This document shows, in pieces, positions 59,721 through 64,000 of a stretch of 64,000 nt of DNA. Under the pieces are notes generated by a model. It did not search any database, was not told the origin of the DNA, and was given only the letters and a program-made list of their open reading frames with translations. A program made the translations under genes and the position numbers. Source of the stretch: a virus (Duplodnaviria > Caudoviricetes); IMG/VR virus record IMGVR_UViG_2706795722_000001, positions 12,965 through 76,964 of that record. One strand, written 5' to 3'. Position 1 is the stretch's first letter, and each line of letters starts with the position of its first letter.

Positions 59721-62011
59721 TTTGCACTCCTTTCGTTCTCTCGTGCAATCGCTTCCTTGAGATGTGGCGAGCTGCTAGACAGCAAGAAGCGCTGCGACTT
59801 GGGGCCGCGAGCCCCCGAGTTGGGATCGACGACGATCTCGCCACTTTCGATAAGGCGCTCGAGCTTCTTGCGGAAGTTGTCCTTATCCCAGCCCTTGCGA
59901 ACCCCGTGCGAGCGCAACCAAATCTGGCCCATCGTGGCGAACCCCTTGCCCTGGTAGGCTATCGCGCCAGCAGCGGCTCGCAGGATAGCCTCCTCCATCT
60001 CGTTGCCCTCTGTGCTCACCGTCTTGGTGTTGGTCATCGTGGCAGTGCGATCGAGGTACTCCATAAGCCATTCCGCGGCGCGCAGGTCCTCGGGGATGAT
60101 CTGATCGCGGTCGCTGTTCAATGCGAATAGCAGACAGTACTTACGGAACTTGAGGTCAAAGCGGCTCTTCACATCTGAGGTTGCCTTGAGCAGCTGCATC
60201 TTGAGGTTGATGCGGTCGAACTCTTTCTCGCACTCGTCAGCGAAGTGGATGTGAACCAGCTCGCGCTTTTCCTGATCCCCACCATTGAGGTACTTGGTGG
60301 CCAGGTCGCCGTACAGCTCGCGCGCGTAGGTAAGATTAACGGACTTGCGTCGGAACGTGTGCTCCTCGACAATCCTGTTGCCGGTGACAATATCAAACCT
60401 GGCCACAAAGCCGTTGTTGATGTTGCCACCGCCGAGAACCTTACTCATGACCGAAGGCTGAGTGCCCATCGCGATGATCGCGTTGGGGTTGATCGCAGAC
60501 AACTCGCCGGATGTCATCGAGCCGGTGGAGACTTTGTGATTGACTCGACCGGAGTTCTCGAGCTTCTGAATCGTGGTAAGCAACGAAGAACCCTTGATCG
60601 CTGACTTGCTCATGATCTGGGCAAGCTCGTCAATCTCCATGAGCGCGGTGACGTCCCGAATCTTCTGTGGACCAGATTCCGCCTTGTGCGTCGAGAGCTC
60701 GTTGATCAGGTATTCGCCCGAGCCGACGTCGGAGATCTGCTTGGCGCCCGAATGAAGCTGATAGGCGCCCGCGCTCGCTGATAGAACTCGCCACCTGAAG
60801 GCGTCGTGTTCCATGATCTCGTTGACGTACTCGAACACCTGTGACTTGCCGATACCCGATCCGGCGACGTACATGCAAGAAATCGACGGCTTGAAGATAG
60901 AACCTGCGACCGAACCCCGAACATACGGCCCCGCCGACACAGCGAGAAGCTGAAGTGCACGAAAGAGCATGAACTCCTTGGGGTACGCGACGTGCTTCGT
61001 GGCCCACATGAACTCGTACAGCGGAGTGTCCTTGGGGAGGTACTCGAAGATCTTGTCGATCTCGGGGAGAACCTCCTCGTCTCCGTCGAGAGGAGCCTCA
61101 TCCTCAACGTCAGGTCGAATCTTCGTAACAGATGCCATGCTGGTCGGCTCTGCTGCCAGACTGGTCGGTTTCGGCTCACTGGTCGGCTCAACCGCCTTCG
61201 CCGCTTCCTTCTTGATCGGCGTAGGCTTGACTGCGGGCTGTTCTGTGAGAGCGTTGGGCTTGTCCACTCCGAAGTCTTTGGTGCTGAACTTGGTGGGGCC
61301 GATGCTGGGGAGGTCTTCGTCGCCGTCGGCGTAGTCCATGCCGAGCGGCTTGGTCGCAGGAGTTTCCCTATGACTCTCCTCGTCGTCGTCCGAGCTGTCC
61401 TCGCTCGGGAGCTTGCCGAACTCGGCTTCGAAGTCGGCAATCTCCTGCTTCTTCTTTGCGGGAGACTTGCCGACGTAGCCGAGCTTGTCGCGCTCGAACG
61501 TCCAGCCGCAGAACTTCTCGAGGGTCAGCTGCTTGGCCTGTGCGAAGTCCTTGCCCTTAGCGGCCTTGCCGAAGGTCATTCCAGCGGCAGCGGCGACCAT
61601 GTCGATAATGCCGCCGCCGCTGTCGCACTGACCATAGCAGACCCAGGTGTTGGTCTTGATGTTGATACAGGCGGCTTCGGACTCGGTGTTGTGGTGGTTC
61701 GCGGACGGACAGAAGATCAAGAGCTCGCCCTTGCCGCCGCTCTTGAGCTTTGGGCGGTTGTCGCCGGTCAGCTTGCGATACACCTGCGAGATCTGGAGCT
61801 TCTTGAGTGCCGAGTCCTCCTCGTTCTGCTGCTCAGCCCGCCGGTCAGCGTACGAGTGCTTCTCGAACAAGTCGGGAGCAGCTTCGAGAAACTCCTCGGG
61901 GACTTGAGTCTCCTCGGCAGACTGAAGCTGCTCCTTCGTCGTCTCGGCTTGCTCCGACTTCTCGATGTCCGCCTGAATCTTGGCGAGCATGTCGTTCCAC
62001 TGGCCACTCAT
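59717..62011 (-). CDS. Replicative helicase-like ATPase (DUF3987/YfjI-like) with N-terminal CHC2-type Zn finger (764 aa)
   Basis: CPSANHH...WVCYGQC..GG.IID Zn-binding domain, AGSGIGKS (Walker A), MEIDEL (Walker B), GTQP and GFVARF motifs. Confidence 0.75.
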   Translation of the reverse strand: MSGQWNDMLAKIQADIEKSEQAETTKEQLQSAEETQVPEEFLEAAPDLFEKHSYADRRAEQQNEEDSALKKLQISQVYRKLTGDNRPKLKSGGKGELLIFCPSANHHNTESEAACINIKTNTWVCYGQCDSGGGIIDMVAAAAGMTFGKAAKGKDFAQAKQLTLEKFCGWTFERDKLGYVGKSPAKKKQEIADFEAEFGKLPSEDSSDDDEESHRETPATKPLGMDYADGDEDLPSIGPTKFSTKDFGVDKPNALTEQPAVKPTPIKKEAAKAVEPTSEPKPTSLAAEPTSMASVTKIRPDVEDEAPLDGDEEVLPEIDKIFEYLPKDTPLYEFMWATKHVAYPKEFMLFRALQLLAVSAGPYVRGSVAGSIFKPSISCMYVAGSGIGKSQVFEYVNEIMEHDAFRWRVLSASAGAYQLHSGAKQISDVGSGEYLINELSTHKAESGPQKIRDVTALMEIDELAQIMSKSAIKGSSLLTTIQKLENSGRVNHKVSTGSMTSGELSAINPNAIIAMGTQPSVMSKVLGGGNINNGFVARFDIVTGNRIVEEHTFRRKSVNLTYARELYGDLATKYLNGGDQEKRELVHIHFADECEKEFDRINLKMQLLKATSDVKSRFDLKFRKYCLLFALNSDRDQIIPEDLRAAEWLMEYLDRTATMTNTKTVSTEGNEMEEAILRAAAGAIAYQGKGFATMGQIWLRSHGVRKGWDKDNFRKKLERLIESGEIVVDPNSGARGPKSQRFLLSSSSPHLKEAIARENERSAK

Positions 62012-62238
62012 ACGTACTCCACCCGATTGATCTTGATGCGACCCTCGGGAACACTGAGTGCCCGCGCCGCCTCCTGGGTGGCCTTGAATGCCACGTTCTG
62101 ACGTGAAACACAGTGCGTGGTCAGCAGGTGTCCACTGACATCGTGCACATGAACGTCCCAGCCTGCGGCGAGAGCCTCAGCTTTGACGCGAACCTCGATG
62201 CGCCGACGGCTGCTACGAGTTGCTTTCTTCTGCTGCAA
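62008..62238 (-). CDS. Hypothetical protein (76 aa)
   Basis: GAGGAGG RBS before TTG. ATGA overlap. Confidence 0.55.
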   Translation of the reverse strand: MQQKKATRSSRRRIEVRVKAEALAAGWDVHVHDVSGHLLTTHCVSRQNVAFKATQEAARALSVPEGRIKINRVEYV

Positions 62239-62437
62239 TTTCTTCTGCCTCCTCGCGCGTACGGACTACACCAAGCTGTTCTTTGTATTCGAGCGCTTCG
62301 TCTCGAGTGGGGGCGACGACCTTTTCGGGTGGATTTCCATTTGGAAAGACTTCGATTGGACCCTCGAAGTCTTCGGGGGTCGGCGGATTCTCTGCGTAAT
62401 CCTTTGCCATTTCTTCGTAGTCGGGCGTTTCGCTCAT
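62213..62437 (-). CDS. Acidic hypothetical protein (74 aa)
   Basis: ATGA overlap with the upstream stop. Confidence 0.6.
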   Translation of the reverse strand: MSETPDYEEMAKDYAENPPTPEDFEGPIEVFPNGNPPEKVVAPTRDEALEYKEQLGVVRTREEAEEIAAEESNS

Positions 62438-62928
62438 TTCTTTGCCTCTTCTTCCTGCCAGCGGATGCACATCAGGTACACGAGGGCGTCGGCGACCTCG
62501 TCAATAGCGTCTTCGAGATGGTCGCGCCCATTGCTGGACTGCAAGATGGTTCCATACTTCTCGAAACCGAAGCGTTTGCGCGCACGAATCACCTCGATAG
62601 GGTCTTTTCCGGCCTTGGAGCACAGATTCTTGAAGAGAGTGTGTGCGCTGTTGTAGTTAGACGACGGAATGCCGCCCATCGGGCCGCTCGGAAGTCCGAT
62701 GAACAGCTGAGCGACAACGAGATCGTGTACGCTTTCCTCGTTGCTCGCAATCGGCGCAGGCTGCACGGAAATGCCGTGCTTTTCGCGCAAAGCGTCCTCA
62801 TCGACCACAAAACCGCGAGAAATGAGCCCTTCTGCGATGGTTTCGGCCATTTCTGGGTCCAAAATACCCTCAGAAAGGTCGCCGACGGCCCTCATTAGGG
62901 CGTCTTTGTTGCTGATTTTGTCGCTCAT
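62434..62928 (-). CDS. All-alpha NTP pyrophosphatase (MazG-superfamily)-like protein (164 aa)
   Basis: RKRFGFEKYG...GRDHLEDAIDEVADALVY. Confidence 0.6.
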   Translation of the reverse strand: MSDKISNKDALMRAVGDLSEGILDPEMAETIAEGLISRGFVVDEDALREKHGISVQPAPIASNEESVHDLVVAQLFIGLPSGPMGGIPSSNYNSAHTLFKNLCSKAGKDPIEVIRARKRFGFEKYGTILQSSNGRDHLEDAIDEVADALVYLMCIRWQEEEAKK

Positions 62929-63840
62929 TTAGGACTCATTTCCGGGCATCTTGTAGGGGTTTCCCGACTCGAGTAGGAACGCAGGATCAGGATGAGGAGC
63001 AAGAATAGCCTGCGCCTGTGTCTGGTCGATAAAGAAGCAGGGGTCCTTCGGGTTCTTGTTATTGCGCCCCCCGGGGAGACGTACCAAGTTTCCAAGATCT
63101 TTGCCCTCCATCGTGTCCTGCTTGGGGAAAATCTCGACCGTGAAGTTCTGAACGCCGAACTGCGGGTCGGGTTCGGTGTGCTTGAAGAAGTTCTTGCCTC
63201 GAACGGCGTCGAAGTTGTGGTTCGAGGAGATGAGTTTCCCCGCGTATTCGAGGGTGTAGAGCGCCGCCTGCCTGGCGACCTTCGCGTCTACCGGCTCGGG
63301 GAAGAATGCATATGCGTGAACGCCCTTGTTGCCGGAGTACGCGGCTGCAGCTCCAAGCCCGAGGTGGGTGACAATGGAACTGGTGAGCGCATCGACTATG
63401 GTACGCATCTGGTACTTGTACCAGGCGCGACCGGGATGCTTTCGGTTGAGCCAATCGGCTCGAGGATGCGAGTTATGGACCTCGATTGCGTCCATGTAGC
63501 CCGCGTCATCTGTGATCTCCTTTAGCTGCTCCTCGGAAGGAAGCTGGACCCAGCTCCCGTGTCCAATCTCGCAGCACTCGGGGAGTGGCTGTCCGCGCTT
63601 GTAGAGCTCGCAGTAGCCGGTGTCGAGGTCGCAATCGAACACGATCAGCTTGGTGAGTCCGCTTGCGTCGCAGGTGTAGTGGCCGAAGGTCTGCTCGCCC
63701 GCGACGTGTGCGCGCAAGTCCTTCATCTTCCAGGGTTCGCGGATCGGCCTGTAGCCGCCATCCGCTGTTTGGATAGCCTTCACGTCTTTGCGCTGAACGA
63801 AGCGCTTGGCGATGAGGGCTGCGAGGTCGGGTTCGGACAA
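62929..63840 (-). CDS. Archaeo-eukaryotic primase (AEP/primpol) catalytic protein
   Basis: IVFDCD (motif I), YSGNKGVH (motif II), FPKQ...GNLVRLPGG (motif III region). TTG start after GAAAGAGG. Confidence 0.8.
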   Translation of the reverse strand: MSEPDLAALIAKRFVQRKDVKAIQTADGGYRPIREPWKMKDLRAHVAGEQTFGHYTCDASGLTKLIVFDCDLDTGYCELYKRGQPLPECCEIGHGSWVQLPSEEQLKEITDDAGYMDAIEVHNSHPRADWLNRKHPGRAWYKYQMRTIVDALTSSIVTHLGLGAAAAYSGNKGVHAYAFFPEPVDAKVARQAALYTLEYAGKLISSNHNFDAVRGKNFFKHTEPDPQFGVQNFTVEIFPKQDTMEGKDLGNLVRLPGGRNNKNPKDPCFFIDQTQAQAILAPHPDPAFLLESGNPYKMPGNES

Positions 63841-63893
63841 GGTATCACCTCTTTCATCGGGGCGCGTGCGGGTGTGCTCGCGACGATTGGTAT

Positions 63894-63922
63894 ATAGTAC
63901 CACATTCGGCGCAGCGTGTCAA
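63894..63922 (-). promoter_or_regulatory. Sigma-A promoter, TGTGG class, driving the primase operon
   Basis: TTGACA-17 nt-(TGTGG)TACTAT. Confidence 0.8.
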
Positions 63923-63974
63923 ATATAGCCCTGAACTGCGCGTTTACCTAATGCTCGCTTCAAGCCGCGCGAGA

Positions 63975-64000
63975 TGGTACTATTAAAGTATGCCAAAGAT
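63975..64000 (+). promoter_or_regulatory. Divergent extended -10 promoter with a probable leaderless ATG at 63990
   Basis: TGG-TACTAT at 63975-63983, then ATG 7 nt later. Truncated by the window edge. Confidence 0.4.

Larger units (their letters stand above)
1..64000. mobile_element. Segment of a tailed (siphovirus-type) actinobacteriophage genome
   Basis: Tail chaperone, tape measure, minor tail and lysis genes on +, then replication and accessory genes on -. Dense ATGA-type gene overlaps. No bacterial housekeeping operons. Confidence 0.95.

Noticed and set aside
62095-62110. Second parS-like sequence (TGTTTCACGTCAGAAC on the minus strand)
   Set aside because: Only one half-site matches (4 mismatches overall) and it lies inside a coding region.

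Overview
The whole window looks like one contiguous piece of a high-GC actinobacterial siphovirus genome. The host is probably a mycolic-acid-containing genus such as Gordonia, Rhodococcus or Tsukamurella, inferred from a LysB-like esterase, a split lysin and a WhiB. Gene order resembles what I recall for ReqiDocB7/GTE7-type (Gordonia cluster CS) phages; this is not verified. The + strand (1-23.8 kb) carries a tail assembly chaperone with a -1 frameshift, a 2912-aa tape measure with two peptidoglycan-hydrolase-like domains, minor tail proteins and a lysis cassette. The - strand (23.9-55.8 kb and 58.1-63.9 kb) carries a Cas4/AddB-like nuclease, WhiB, a DNA methyltransferase, two MazG-like proteins, RusA, a beta clamp, an oligoribonuclease, an SNF2 helicase, an SSB-like protein, a MoxR/VWA pair, a Zn-finger helicase, an AEP primase and many small proteins. 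I recognised no integrase, DNA polymerase, tRNA or CRISPR array. Strongest leads: (1) a 55.6-58.1 kb control region with a promoter battery, GGTACTAG boxes, a C-poor AT-rich core, a near-perfect host-type parS site (TGTTTCATGTGAAACA) and GGTTACG iteron-like repeats, read as a candidate origin that recruits host ParB; (2) a WhiB frame with no start codon, in the -1 frame of an upstream ORF that holds an in-frame C CCT TTA slippery heptamer; (3) a compact ~165-nt RNA fold (two three-way junctions plus a 6-bp loop-loop pairing) directly upstream of the methyltransferase; (4) repeated hairpin-plus-promoter cassettes between early genes; (5) an orphan Phd/YefM-like antitoxin. All protein family calls come from motif reading by eye, not database searches.
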